Source: Octopus sinensis
Taxonomy: Eukaryota
Assembly: GCF_006345805.1 (NCBI RefSeq)
Contig: NC_043013.1
Coordinates: forward strand, 39,122,001-39,186,000
DNA: 64,000 nucleotides
Direction of reading: 5' to 3'
Part shown: piece after piece, positions 26,085 through 40,442 of the stretch
How positions within the stretch are numbered: position 1 is the first letter of the stretch
Layout of the letters: each line of letters opens with the position of its first letter
The notes under the pieces: generated by a model
What the model was told of the DNA's origin: nothing
Database searches by the model: none
The model's input: the letters and a program-made list of their open reading frames with translations, nothing else
Translations under genes and position numbers: made by a program

Positions 26085-26420
26085 GCACGTCTTGTGTCTC
26101 TTCTCAAAGCTCGTTTTTCCAGCGTTCACCAATTCACATCGTCTTGGCTTAACAGCCCTCACTATTTGTTTTTACTGTTTTGTTCTCATTGTCCTGTTTT
26201 TGTTACTACTTTCACTCTCCGCAAAAAATCCCAAATTTTATTTCATTTGCTTTGCGAGAAGGATTGTTTTAACGAAGTCGCGTCTTGTCCTTACCTTCGT
26301 AAACGCGGAGTAGATAAAACAAGGGACAACTTATAAACGGAATTTTCTTTATGTTGCATGATTCGTTTCTCTGTTTTTTTCGTTGTTCGAAAAAAAGTTC
26401 GTTTTCTATGCTTTAGTTTT
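26085..26420 (+). repeat. Dispersed repeat, homologous to 56760-57045
   Basis: Shares CTCCGCAAAAAATC(C/T)CAAATTTTATTT.ATTTGCTTTGCG.GAAGGA and downstream blocks with the second copy. Confidence 0.65.
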
Positions 26421-26874
26421 TTATGAATGAGAAACATTTAACAAAAACATCTTTAAATGATTATTCCGACCGGCTGCCAAGCAAATGGGAAGTAGTAATT
26501 GAAGTAGATGGTGAATATGTTCCAGCATAATCATTTAAAGATGTTCTTTTAAATATTGTTATTGTTTTTGTTGAATAAAACTTATTGAAAAAAGCCGCAA
26601 TATATATATATATAAATCAAAGGACACATTGAAATGTCTACCTGGCTAGAAATAAGAGTTATAAAACCCTCATTTAGACCATGACCTTTGATTAATATAA
26701 TTTTAATTCTATAGCTGCATATCGCCTGTAACTACCTATATTAATAATGTTGTTATTATGGACTATTTGTATCGACTTCAATAATAATAACAATATTAAT
26801 TTCTACATAAATATTCGATTCTGAATATTTTTGCTGCTAATATGTATCTATCAATCAATCAATCAATCCATCAA

Positions 26875-26930
<56 letters not shown>

Positions 26931-27133
26931 AATCTATCTATCTATCTATGGTTGGACAGTATATTAGTGTATCAATGTTTGACGATATAAAAATATACTT
27001 GTTTATCTAAACTGAGTATCCATTCATTTATTTACTTCTCTCTCTGTCACACACACGCACAAACACACATTTATACATGCACAGACACACATACACATAT
27101 GTTTATAGACACATAGATAGATAGTTCGATAGG

Positions 27134-27205
<72 letters not shown>

Positions 27206-28145
27206 GTGGGCAATCGCACACATAAATACATGTTTTTCATCATATTTTCTCAAAAGTATTGATTTGTGCACATTTGTATCCCATTATATGGTTTGTTGTT
27301 TGAGCTGAGTTGTCAGGTTTTAATATCTAGAACTTATATCACCAATACACATATTTTGTCTTTTACAGAAGAACATAACCGACTTAAGATGGATTACTTG
27401 GTTAGACATTTCCGTTTACCAAATCACGGTTTACCAGATAAACAGATCTTTCATTAAGACAATATATATTTTAAATTTTAATTAATTAACTCACCAATTA
27501 TATATCTATAATATGTTATTCCCTTAGCAATATATTTTTAGCAAATTATCAGTTCTGTGAAAACATTTCAGATATTATAAGATAAATAAGGTTGGACTTT
27601 TATTATCGCATTACTAGAATATACAAATTTAACAATATATGAAGCAAAATGAAAGAAAATATTGAAGCAGTTTTTATGAAGATATTTAAATATAGCTATA
27701 TATTAATAGAAAATAAACTCTATAGTTGAATGAACACGAGTTATAAAGTTATTGCAGAGAGATAACAAATTTCTCAATGAATATTAAGTTATTTAAGAAA
27801 GTGTCTCTTTGTGAATTCGAGGTTTTCCCCAAAAATTGAAGAAAGAAAACTGCTTCATCCTTGGAATGAATCCCAAGGACGAGCTGGTGCAGAAGAATGA
27901 GAATGTTCACAACAGGTATATAGTTAGTAACAGAAAAAGTAAAGTATGATATTGGCAACTTGACACTAAAGTGGTGGTGTTATTCTTAATTTAAAAACAA
28001 TACAAATTAATTGGACGTGATATATTCAATACAACCATGACAATGTCACACATACTGATAAATTCTAAAACGTAGTGTTCCAAGGGAAGTGTCAATTTAC
28101 ATTCTTTTTAACACATCCTGCTAAAGTCAAAATTTCTCTGAAGCC

Positions 28146-28336
28146 TCACAAGTAAGCCTGTAGGGAACAATAGTTACTGGAATAATAAAATGCGGCACAA
28201 TCTGTTTGGGAAAGACATTTTGCTGCGCATTGAATTTTAGATGTGCCAGTATATGTATAAAGAGCTCTGATAAAGTCATATTGATTCCATTGCAGAGTAT
28301 AGTCAGCGGACCTTGACGAGGAGTTGTCTCTGTGAT
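28146..28336 (-). CDS. Terminal exon encoding a PAN/Apple-like domain
   Basis: Acceptor tttttccttttgtcttcacag. Read in phase 1 it gives HRDNSSSRSADYTLQWNQYDFIRALYTYTGTSKIQCAAKCLSQTDCAAFYYSSNYCSLQAYL*, with the C-x3-C-x5-C-x8-C PAN pattern. This frame is not in the ORF track. Confidence 0.7.
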
Positions 28337-28507
28337 CTGTGAAGACAAAAGGAAAAAGACAATAACGTTAATATAGTACTTATTTTTGTGTTTATATGTG
28401 TGAGATGTTTTGGACATTCATTGTTGTATGTCCATATGCGTGTACCTATATATATATATACAAAATTACTCTCTCTTTCTCTCTCTCACACACACACACA
28501 TACACAC

Positions 28508-28600
<93 letters not shown>

Positions 28601-28761
28601 GGTCCCGGGTTGAGTCGGGGTTAACCACAGTAAATAAGGTACTCAATACATAGCAGAGTAAAATAATTTATTTTATAGAAGGAGCTTCTACAGGACTAGA
28701 GTTCTAGTCCTGTAGAAGCTCCTGTAGAAATCCTGTAGAAGCTCCTTCAATAAAATAAAAT

Positions 28762-28858
<97 letters not shown>

Positions 28859-28899
28859 CAAATTAAACATCAACTTACTTCTGTTAACGTATATATACG

Positions 28900-28930
<31 letters not shown>

Positions 28931-29104
28931 TATATAATATATATATACATCCTGACACACACATATACATACATACATACATACATACATACATCTATAT
29001 GTATATTGGCGTGGGCAAGTGTCTTTTACTATAGCCTCGGGCCGACCAAAGTTTTGTAAATGGACTTGGTAGACGGAAACTGAAAGAAGACCGTCGTATA
29101 TACA

Positions 29105-29545
29105 CAGGTCGTCGTCGACTTACGACCTATCCGACTTACGACCTATCCGACTTACGACCGATCAACTTGACGACGATTGGCGCGCCAGTTTCTGGCAGCA
29201 ATAATAAACAGTCCAGTTGAAATGGAATGGATTAATTAACCCATCTACAGATGATGCTTTCTAACATCGAAGATCCACAGCCATACACCAGTTTACAATA
29301 AATTTTTATGTAAGTTTTGCTACTGTTTCTTACACTACATTGTGTATTTCTTGTATTTGCACTCTTTGGTACTTTTCTATGAACAAATAACACTGTTGCA
29401 GTTTAATACAGAATGCTGTGTGTGACTTTTACCTGAGAATTTACCTTAAGAATGTGAAAATATAAAACAAAGGTACGTAGGTCTGTAGGCCAACTTACGA
29501 CCAGACAGTCGGAACCAATTGTGGTCGTAAGTCGACGACGATCTC
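29105..29545. mobile_element. pogo/Tigger-like MITE
   Basis: TIRs CAGGTCGTCGTCGACTTACGACC and GGTCGTAAGTCGACGACGATCT, subterminal CGACTTACGACC repeats, TA at the right end. Confidence 0.8.
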
Positions 29546-29553
29546 TATGTATG

Positions 29554-29584
<31 letters not shown>

Positions 29585-29604
29585 ATATATATATATATAT
29601 AGAT

Positions 29605-29638
<34 letters not shown>

Positions 29639-29652
29639 ATATATATATATAT

Positions 29653-29688
<36 letters not shown>

Positions 29689-30514
29689 ATATATATATTA
29701 TATATATATTCTTAGTTTTAATCGGCAGAATGTTACAAGGTGATCCTTGAATCAGTTTGTACACAGATATCGAATGACATTGATAATCATTTGTGGCATA
29801 AGTACAAGACCTGAGAGTTGAGAGTAGGAGCGTGTTCGATTACACTGACTCTCAATACTCAACAGGCATTCATTGACCCTGAAAGATTAAAAAACTAATT
29901 CGCCCTCGGCAGAATGTGAACACAGAGCACAAAGACGGACGAATTACCGCCTAGCATTTTGTTCGAAATGCCAACAGTTCTACGTGCATGTCGCCTGGCT
30001 GCCACCTTAATAATAATTATTTTCACTATATTTGTCTATGTGCTTGTGCGAGTATGTGTGAGTGTGTGTGTCTGTGTGCGTGCGTGTGTGTGTGTGTGTG
30101 TGCGTATGCGTGTGTTTGATTGTGTGTGTGAGCGTGTGTACGTGTGCCTGCAGAAGTTGTCTGTCTTTTTTTTTTAGCAGGAGTAGTAGTGACAGAAACG
30201 TCATCCCGTTCGAGATTATTCTTTCCTAATTCATCCAGATATAACATATAAAATTTAAAACATGGAAGCGAAATAAATATTTACTTTTTGGGAAGTATAA
30301 TTTATATAGCACTCATGGGTTGCATCCCATGGTGTATAAGCTCATTAGCTGATGCTTCGGAACAGACAGGAGACGAGCTGAAAAAGAATAGTTTACACAG
30401 AGATATTTTGTAAAAAGAAATACTCCGACAGATACACCCAAGACATGCGCCTACAGACATCACACACTTATGCACAAAATAAGTATATATAAATATGTGC
30501 ATGTGTTCATATAC

Positions 30515-30613
<99 letters not shown>

Positions 30614-30620
30614 CATCTAT
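30515..30620. repeat. (TCTA)n microsatellite
   Basis: Read directly. A (TAGA)n tract also lies at ~27110-27205. Confidence 0.95.
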
Positions 30621-30756
30621 CTAGATGTTAATGTTTGTTTTTTATATTTAATTATAACAAAAACAATTTTACATTCATTTGCATGGTTATTGTAAACATT
30701 TGCAGAGTACAAATTTACTCTTATATAAGAATAACACACACACACACACATACATA

Positions 30757-30839
<83 letters not shown>

Positions 30840-30846
30840 GTATTAG

Positions 30847-30882
<36 letters not shown>

Positions 30883-31087
30883 AACGCATGCTGGACCAGT
30901 GAAATCTAGACGTTTTTTAATTTTCTCTTTGTTTATTTTCTCTTATTTCATTCTGTTGAAGAGCGTAGGCTCGAAACGTGAGGTACTTCTTCATTTTTCC
31001 CGAGCGTCAAACTAATACTTACTTGTTATCCATACATCTATCTTCGCCTTTTGTTTTTCTATAAATTTCAACTTTATATGTACATAT

Positions 31088-31119
<32 letters not shown>

Positions 31120-31400
31120 CTAATATATATATATATATATAATATGTAATATATATATATTTGTACATATGTATACATATATATTTATACATATGTATAC
31201 ATGTGTGTATGTATACACACACATGTATACATATATATATTATATATATGAGTGTGTGTATATACATACGTATGTGTATATATATATATAATATATTATT
31301 TTATACATATATATATATATATACATACGTATATATGTATGTTATAATATATATGTATATATAATATATATATGTATATATGTATATATATATATGTATA

Positions 31401-31451
<51 letters not shown>

Positions 31452-32564
31452 GTATATATATATATGTTATATATAAATAGATGAGTGTATTTTACCTTGT
31501 TAACAATTAACACGGATAAATGAATGAATAGTTACAGGGCAGCAAAAATCTCACAAGTAAAGATGTTGTAACTCCTTGTTTATAAAGGTTGAAACTTCGT
31601 ATTTACGTTGAATATTTGAATAATATGAATAAAAATGGAGTTAACGCAGGTTTAAACAAGTATTTTTTACTTCTACATAGTTTAAAAATTCCACTGATAC
31701 TTATTCAAAAGAATAAAAGTATAAACAGGTATAGAATTTTTATCTTAGAGTTACTTGACATAAATTTAATTCTATTGGGATTGACTTCAGATACGATAAC
31801 CTTGTTATTAATATTTCTAGAGGAAGTCAATCCCAATAGAATAATTTATGTCAAGTAACTCTAAGATTAAAAATTCTATATACCAGTGTATAATCAGTAC
31901 TCGTAATAAAGTACGATTTTACATTGGAAGCACATCGTTAGAGTTATCTAAGAGAATTTCTATCCATTACTCAACATTTAGGGATAGAAATAACGGAATA
32001 GTACCGGTCTCAGCAAACTGATTTGGGATTTAGAAGACCACAATGAACAATTTCATTTAGAATGGCTGATCCTCTCAATTTCGATACCATATGACAAAGG
32101 CAAGAAATTCTGTCTTCTCTGCAATTCTGAGCTATTTTTCATTATTTTTTCTAAAAATACTCTAGTAAACACGGTTATAGAACGAGCATACAGATGTAAG
32201 CATTGGCAGAAACATACTTTTAGTGCATATAAGTAGTCTCTATCATATATATAGTTTAGACTTTAATTTCCTTTATATTTAACATTCACTATTAATATCC
32301 CTACTCTTTCTGTTAGCTACTTATGACGTTATATCATATAACGTTTTTTTTAAACAATATTAATAGCGTTCTGTCTATCGCTATACGAATCCATCATTTT
32401 TTGCTAAAATGTCGTATTGACAAGTTTCGTTTTTTCACTTTCCCGAAGAGAAGATTGCATTGTTTATACCTTTTATTCTTTTGAATAAGTATCAGTGGAA
32501 TTTTTGAAACATATGTAGAAAGTAAAAATACTTGTTTAAACCTGCGTTAACTCCATTTTTTATT

Positions 32565-32604
<40 letters not shown>

Positions 32605-32609
32605 ATATA

Positions 32610-32763
<154 letters not shown>

Positions 32764-32780
32764 GTATACATATATATATG

Positions 32781-32850
<70 letters not shown>

Positions 32851-33468
32851 GGTCCCGGGTTGATTCGGGGTTAACCACAGTAAATAAGGTACTCAATACA
32901 TATATATATATATAAAGAGTATGAAGGGTTTAGTTCACTGATGATCTAAAGCAATAGGTACTCTGCATAAGTGCTATAATTGGCCATCCGTTAGGTTCTC
33001 TGTCACAGCTGAGGCTGGAGCTAGGGATCATTTGTAGGCTTCCGAATCAGCTGGTACACACACACACACACACACACACACAACACACACACACACACAC
33101 ACACACTCACACAAACACACACACACACAGACATCGCGTGTGTATGTAACAAGCAGTTGCACTGTTACTGAATAATATGTTTACTGACACGATAAAAGTG
33201 TGTACTACAAAATATGTGTGCTCTTTTTCTCTGTAAACACTTGAAGTTCGGGTTATTAGCCTTAAGCTCAATTAGGAAATCATCTAGCAATGACTGTGCG
33301 AAAAGATATTCTAGTTTATGTGCTGGTGGACTATATATGGTACATCATGTATAACTAACATTTTCTTTTTCTGTGATGTAGCCTGATTTATGTATCTCTC
33401 TGTTTCCGAACCCATAAACGATTAGGGTAGAAATTCTCAAAAGAAAACCAAATTAAACATCAACTTAC

Positions 33469-33699
33469 TTCTGTTAACGTATATGACTTGCCATCGATAT
33501 TCAGTAAATATTGCAGATTTGTCAAGAGAATTAGTATGACATATGGCACAGTGCTGATTTTTCATGCTGTAGTTGATAATATTACATGAGGAATTATCGT
33601 AACATGCTGACAAGCATTCAGGAAGTGATAACTCACTTTTTGAGACAATATAATCATGTTCAGAAGTAGCCCTATAAACGATATTCAGTGGGCAAGTTC
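33469..33699 (-). CDS. Internal phase 1-1 exon encoding a PAN/Apple-like domain
   Basis: Acceptor ttttcatttatgtctatgcag, donor gtaagt, 231 nt. Peptide TCPLNIVYRATSEHDYIVSKSELSLPECLSACYDNSSCNIINYSMKNQHCAICHTNSLDKSAIFTEYRWQVIYVNR has C-x3-C-x5-C-x11-C. Confidence 0.8.
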
Positions 33700-34089
33700 C
33701 TGCATAGACATAAATGAAAAGTACAAACGTTAATAAACAAATAAATGAAAACAATAAAGTATCTAAGAATGAATGAACGAATGAATGAGTACGCCCTTCC
33801 TCAAGGATGAGGGTCGAAGCCTCAGACATCACCACCACCACCATGAACTCTACTCCTCATCATAACACCGCCGTCTCGTGCTGTAGCCATGCATTGTATT
33901 CAGGCTCCTCCCTCTTCATTCAAGGATGTCATCTTTCCATTTCCTTCTTCTTTATCTTCGAGTGGTTATTATCTCCTCATCCACCTTCTGAGCTTGTGGA
34001 TACAGAGAAAACATATCTGCTTGCACTATTCGAAATCTGACCATTGTCATCAACATAAATCAGAATGAAATTACTGTCGAGAATTATGA

Positions 34090-34958
<869 letters not shown>

Positions 34959-35715
34959 GAGTCTCCATAAACTGCACATAGCCGTCGGAACTAAACCTAC
35001 AGCTCTGTTTAGTCTTATGGGACGGAACGACGTCATCCTTACTGGAGGCAGACTGAAACCACCATCACTGTTAGGGGGAACATGGTTTAAATAATTCACA
35101 GAGCATTTAGCAGCCAGCAGCCAGCAGTTGCCATTTTAATACCCAGCCCTAACCGTCATGACACAGGTAGCTCTTTTCTAACATTCAGATGGTTTCTAGT
35201 CCTCCGTGTCAACTTTTTCTTAACTTCAACTTTAATCTTTATGGTCTCCAACGCTGTTGACTGTTGACTGATACATCACACTGTTCCCAAAAAAGGGAGA
35301 CATAAAAAAAAATCATCATCTTGCACCCGAAGACTCTGTATATATGTGTGTGTATCTTCGTGTCTGTGTTTGTCCTTGTCTCTAATCCTTGAAATCCGGT
35401 GTTGGTTTCTCTAAGCCTGTGTAACTTAGCAGTTTGGCAAAAGAAATCGATAGAATAAGAACCTGACATTACGGAGAAAATAAATGCTGCAGTCAATTTG
35501 TGCGACTAAACACAACGTTGCTCCAGCTTGGCTACACTCTAATGAGGAAAACAAGTAAAGAGAAAGAGAAAAAGAAGAAAAAGGTAGATTAACCGATAAA
35601 GATGTCACAGTTACGAGTAGTTCACTACTCAGGATATAAATTAGTGATCAATTATTTTAGAAAGGCTTGATTACACAGGATCACAAATAGAGGATACTAA
35701 ATGAGTCTTTCTCAC

Positions 35716-35791
35716 CTTGGGAAATTTGTCAGTAACCAGTTTATCGAATCAGTGAATTACACGGAGGAGAAAGATTTCAGGGTATTTATAC
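35716..35791 (-). promoter_or_regulatory. Candidate TATA box and short non-coding first exon of the PAN-domain gene
   Basis: TATAAATA on the minus strand at 35784-35791, followed ~70 nt later by the donor CAAG|GTGAGA at 35716/35715. Same strand as, and upstream of, the PAN exons. Confidence 0.4.
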
Positions 35792-36037
35792 ACCCAGGTA
35801 GACTACCTCTAACTAGATATAAAAGGGCAATTATACGTGTGTTAATGAATACACGCACATATGTATAGATGTATACAGTAATTTCTTGCCATATCGCGGT
35901 TTACCCATCACGATTCACCTATCGCGGTTTATTATTCAAGCTTACGTCGATTCCTCCGTGGTGTTGTTTTGCATTTATAATAAAATAAATATATAAAATA
36001 ATTATATAGCTCTTTTGTCTTAATAACGGCCAATTAC

Positions 36038-36250
36038 ATAGTAATTTCCCTTTGTGTAACGGTGATTTTCATAGCATATTTTGATTGCTATTTTCGATAA
36101 CTGAAGAGATGCCGGTGCAGATTTTCGCCCCGACATCCGAAACTCGGAGTTTTACTATGGGAACCGAGTAATTGTCACATATTATATTACAGATAAATTC
36201 CTCTATTTGCATAATATCGAGGTCTATTTCATTCTTTTGTCTTACCATTA
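36038..36250 (+). mobile_element. Solo PLE 3'-terminal fragment with hammerhead-like motif (36096-36155)
   Basis: Homologous to 60375-60590. Reads GAUAA CUGAAGA GAUG..CAUC C GAAA CUC G GAG UU UUAC. Preceded by a Tigger-like left end at ~35876. Confidence 0.65.
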
Positions 36251-36266
36251 CTATTAATATATATAT

Positions 36267-36550
36267 AGGCGCAGGAGTGGCTGTGTGGTAAATAGCTTGC
36301 TGCCCAACCACATGGTTCCGGGTTCAGTCCCACTGCGTGGCACCTTGGGCAAGTGTCTTCCCCCAACATCGCTTGACAACCGATGGTGGTGTGTTTACGT
36401 CCCCGTAACCTAGCGGTTCGGCAAAAGAAACCGATAGAATAAGTACTAGGCTTACAAAGAATAAGTCCTGGGGTCGATTTGCTCGACTAAAGGCGGTGCT
36501 CCAGCATGGCCGCAGTCAAATGACTGAAACAAGTAAAAGAGTAAAAGAGT
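36267..36550 (+). mobile_element. Family A SINE, internally deleted
   Basis: Head and tail are intact. The middle is missing. Confidence 0.85.
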
Positions 36551-36574
36551 ATATATAGCAGCAACAGCAGCAGC

Positions 36575-36945
36575 AGTGGCCCAATGGTTAGGGCAGCGGA
36601 CTCGCGGTCGGAAGATTGCGGTTTCGATTCCCAGACCGGGCGTTGTGTGTGTTTATTGAGCGAAAACACCTAAAGCTCCACGAGGCTCCGACAGGGGGTG
36701 GTAGCGACCCCTGTTGTACTCTTTCGCTCCAACTTTTCCTCACTCTTTCTTCCTGTTTCTTGTCCCCGACTTCCTACGCAACCGCTGAGCCTGGATACGC
36801 ATTCATTCATCTGTCGATGCTCTCGGTGTCGGGAGTTGACCTGCTTTCTCTTCTGCGGGTCTTACGAATAGCAAAGGACCACGTTTCGGACTTCTCCGAA
36901 GACCGCTACGCTCAACAGCAGCAACAGCAACAGCAACAGCAGTAG
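36575..36945 (+). mobile_element. Family B head with an alternative 3' tail ending in (CAG/CAA)n
   Basis: The first ~170 nt match family B. The sequence then diverges into an unrelated tail. Confidence 0.7.
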
Positions 36946-37396
36946 CAGCAGTAGTAGTAGTATATTTACCGATATTGTTGTAGTTCTTCTTCTTTTGATA
37001 GTAATGAGTATTGGCATGATACAATAGGAGTTTTTCTTCTGACGTCACACTATATATCAGGCATCTACTTGCGTCATTGTTGTATGCAAAGGACTTACAT
37101 TCTTGCGAACCCCAACATAATTCTATACAATAGCTGAGTGTTGCGGAGATATTTTGATCAGGCGTATTTGCATGGTAGGCGTTTCGAACTCTTATAAAGT
37201 CATTTCGGTATGCGTAGCTTGAGTTTGGGCCAGTAATTATTCCTGCAATTAAATTTAATTAAAAAAAAAATTAACAAAAGATGAAGTCACTGACGCAATA
37301 TAAAACAAGGAGAAATACGTGACAGCAACAACATGTAACAATAAAGAAGGGAAGAAAAAAAACAGGGTATCGATACTACTACTACTACTACTACTG

Positions 37397-37568
37397 AGAG
37401 GAAGTTGTGGTGAAAGAATACAGCAGGGTTCGCCATCACCAGCTGCCTGAGCGTCGTGGAGCTTTAGGCGTTTTCGCTCAATAAACACTCACAACGCCCG
37501 GTCTGGGAATCGAAACTGTGATCCTATGACCGCGAGTCCGCAGCCCTAACCACTGGTCCATTGCGCCT
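37397..37568 (-). mobile_element. Family B SINE 5' half
   Basis: Matches the family B head only. Confidence 0.8.
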
Positions 37569-37642
37569 AATAGAAACAAGAACCTCAATCCTCAGTGTGC
37601 AATAAGTATTGTATTTGACGGCATCAAAGACACAAGGGGATA

Positions 37643-37870
37643 TTACGAAGGTGGGCTGAAAAGTTCATAACCTGACTATGAAAGAGTGATGTTGCAGCTG
37701 ATAAATCTTATATGCGTTAATTTCAAATCTTTGGATTAATAACTCCATTGTTTCTTTCCAGGTAAACTGAAATCTAACTATTCAAAGAAGACCTCAGATG
37801 TAATTAGTAGCGACTTCTATTGAAAATCAACAAAATTTGGCATCGTTGAGTTATCAAATGCCCGCAGAAA
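37643..37870 (+). mobile_element. Mariner-like 5' end fragment
   Basis: TACGAAGGTGGGCTGAAAAGTTC resembles a mariner TIR. No partner TIR was found. Confidence 0.5.
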
Positions 37871-37956
37871 ACATTGTTTAACTTCCCAAGTATACAAAAT
37901 TAACAATAATCTAATAAAGCTTTATTAGCTTTTTTAGATCATCATCATCATCATCA

Positions 37957-37998
<42 letters not shown>

Positions 37999-38019
37999 TA
38001 TTATTATTATTATTATTAT

Positions 38020-38564
38020 TGAGTGAGAGAGCAGTGCATGCCATCAAAGTGACACTGGGGTAAAAAATACGAAGCCAGTATACCCACCATGACTACCCGT
38101 CTGATAAGGGTACACAAGGCACATGCATCACAACCATATGCGCGCGACATGGTGATCTCATATTAATTAAGATAAACAGCACATGACCTTGCAGATGGAG
38201 CCCAGTTAGAATTTTCTTCTGGTCGAGTAGCCCATCCTCTTCAAAAGGTCCCTGAATAAGGGTTGTTTAAGGATGTTGAACGAAACACCAAATGTTTCCA
38301 AAGGTGAATTATCCAAACCCCAAAGAATCCCTCTCAACACATGGCTATGATGCTCCCCCACTACTTCTGCTCGTGATCAGAGATGTACATATCGTCAGCC
38401 ACTAAGGGACATACTCAACTGGTTTAGGTCAAACAACTGACAAACAAATCTGTGGTATTGAGCAGAATATTTTGGTGTAGCCCATCTTTTATACCAAGAC
38501 AAAACAATGTACATGATAACACTTCCAATCAGTTAAGATGAGAAGCCATGAGAGCCACTGCCTG

Positions 38565-38567
<3 letters not shown>
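38020..38567 (-). mobile_element. ~530-bp retroposon, second copy of 24835-25372
   Basis: Sequence identity with the first copy. Flanked by (TTA)n. Confidence 0.75.
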
Positions 38568-38619
<52 letters not shown>

Positions 38620-38783
38620 TTTGCCCGCCGCTACGTTCTGAGTTGGAATTTCGCCGAGGTCCACTTTGCCTTTCATCCTTTCGGGGTCGATAAATTAAGT
38701 ATCAGTGATACACTGGGGCTGGTATAATCGACTAGTACCCTGTCCCCAAATTCCAGGCTTTGTGCCTATAGTAGAATGGATTA

Positions 38784-38850
<67 letters not shown>

Positions 38851-39511
38851 GGAGGTGGGCTGGCAGAATCGTTAGCACGCTGGACGAAATGCTTAGCAGT
38901 ATTTCGTCTGGCGGAATCGATAGCAGTCGCTTAACAATAATGTAATAAAGCTTTATTGGGGGAAAATTATAAGGTGGAGAGCTGGTGGAATCGTTAGCAA
39001 ACCTGGCAAAATGCTGAGTGTGATTTCGTCCATTTGTAGGTTCAAATTTCGTTGAGGTCGACTTTGACTATCTTGTTGAATCGAGAAAAATAAATATCAG
39101 TACTGGGATCGTTGTAATCGACTAATCACCCCATCCCACAACAAAAACTGCTGGCTCTGTGCCAAAATTTGAAACCATTATTAGTGAAATTATTGGGCCG
39201 AGGGGACTTAAGCTCACCTGGCTCGGTAGCCTATGATTCTCGGTCTCCCAACCGCAATACGGTTGAATTAGATGCAGGTCTGATGCACTTAAGAATAAAT
39301 GCGCCAAAATATGCGATTGTCTTATGCGCCAAAGTATAGAAGTGTTTTAGAAAGAAAAAAGCTTAATACATACCTTTCTGAAGGACGTCCTTCTGTAAGT
39401 GCTTTCCATAGCTGTCAATACACACTCACATACGTAGACACAAACGGAGGCACATCCGCAGACGCACATCCATACACGCACACACACGCACGCACACACA
39501 CACACACACAC

Positions 39512-39551
<40 letters not shown>

Positions 39552-39889
39552 GAATTATTTAGTTATTATGTAATAACAGAAAAAAGACTGGAAGAAAGAT
39601 ATCTCTTTGTTGTGTCGTATACACAGCTAGCAAATTACGAAGCAGAACTTCATGTTTTGCTAAAAATAATAATAATTAAAAAAACAATTATAAATTTTGA
39701 AACTGTTTATATATTTTCATTTCTTTAATATAAAACATGTACGAATAAAGCCAAGTACAAGAACACGCATGTACACAATAACACACAAAAAAGAGACGAA
39801 GATAAATAATGCCTTTTATTAGTATATTGTATGCATACTTCCTGAATTTTCCTTCTCAAAACTGTTACCCTCTAAACTTAGAAAAAAAT

Positions 39890-40442
39890 ATTCTATTCTA
39901 CTCTAGGCACAAGAGCCAAAATTTTGGTGGAGGGACCGGTCGATTAGATCGACCCCAGCACGCAACTAGTACATAATTTATCAATCTCGAAAGGATGAAA
40001 GGCAAAGTCAAAATCGGCGAAATTTGAACTCAGAACGTAAAGACAATTAGAAGAAATATTCTTTTCTACTTTAGGCACAAGGCCTGAAATTTGGAGCAAG
40101 TTGGGTCAGTCGATTAGATCGACCCCAGTACGCAACTGGTACTTAATTTATCTACCCTGAAAGGATAAAAGGTAAAGTCGACCTCGGCGGAATTTGCTCT
40201 CAGAACGTAAAGACAGACGAAATACTCTTTTCTACTCAAGGCACAAGGCCCGAAATTTTTTGGAGAGGGTGCCACTGGATTAGATCGACCTCAGTACGCA
40301 ACTGGTACTTAATTTATCAATCCTGAAAGGATGAAAGGTAAAGTCGACCTCGGCGGAATTTGAACTCAGAACATAAAGACAGACGAAATACTGCTAAGCA
40401 TTTCGCCCGGCGTGCTAACGTTTTCGCCAGCTCGCCGCCCTA
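39890..40442 (-). mobile_element. Family C SINE concatemer (one full copy plus two 5'-truncated units)
   Basis: Three units of ~165-220 nt. Each junction reads AGAAAAGA(A/G)|TATTTC on the minus strand. Confidence 0.85.

Noticed and set aside
27749-27958. 69-aa minus-strand ORF
   Set aside because: It lies just after the PAN gene stop with no recognisable motif. More likely 3' UTR.
29110-29175. Short direct repeats resembling a CRISPR-like array (also 39890-40442)
   Set aside because: No unique spacers and a eukaryotic context. Explained by MITE subterminal repeats and SINE concatemers.
30270-30385. Possible middle exon of the PAN gene (strong acceptor ttctttttcag; frame reading YTPWDATHECYINYTSQK)
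   Set aside because: All three frames from the acceptor hit stops, and the lectin-like frame needs a poor acceptor or a frameshift. Not supportable without RNA data.
33288-33345. Plus-strand MTVRKDILVYVLVDYIW start
   Set aside because: Very short, with a weak donor and no downstream exon found.
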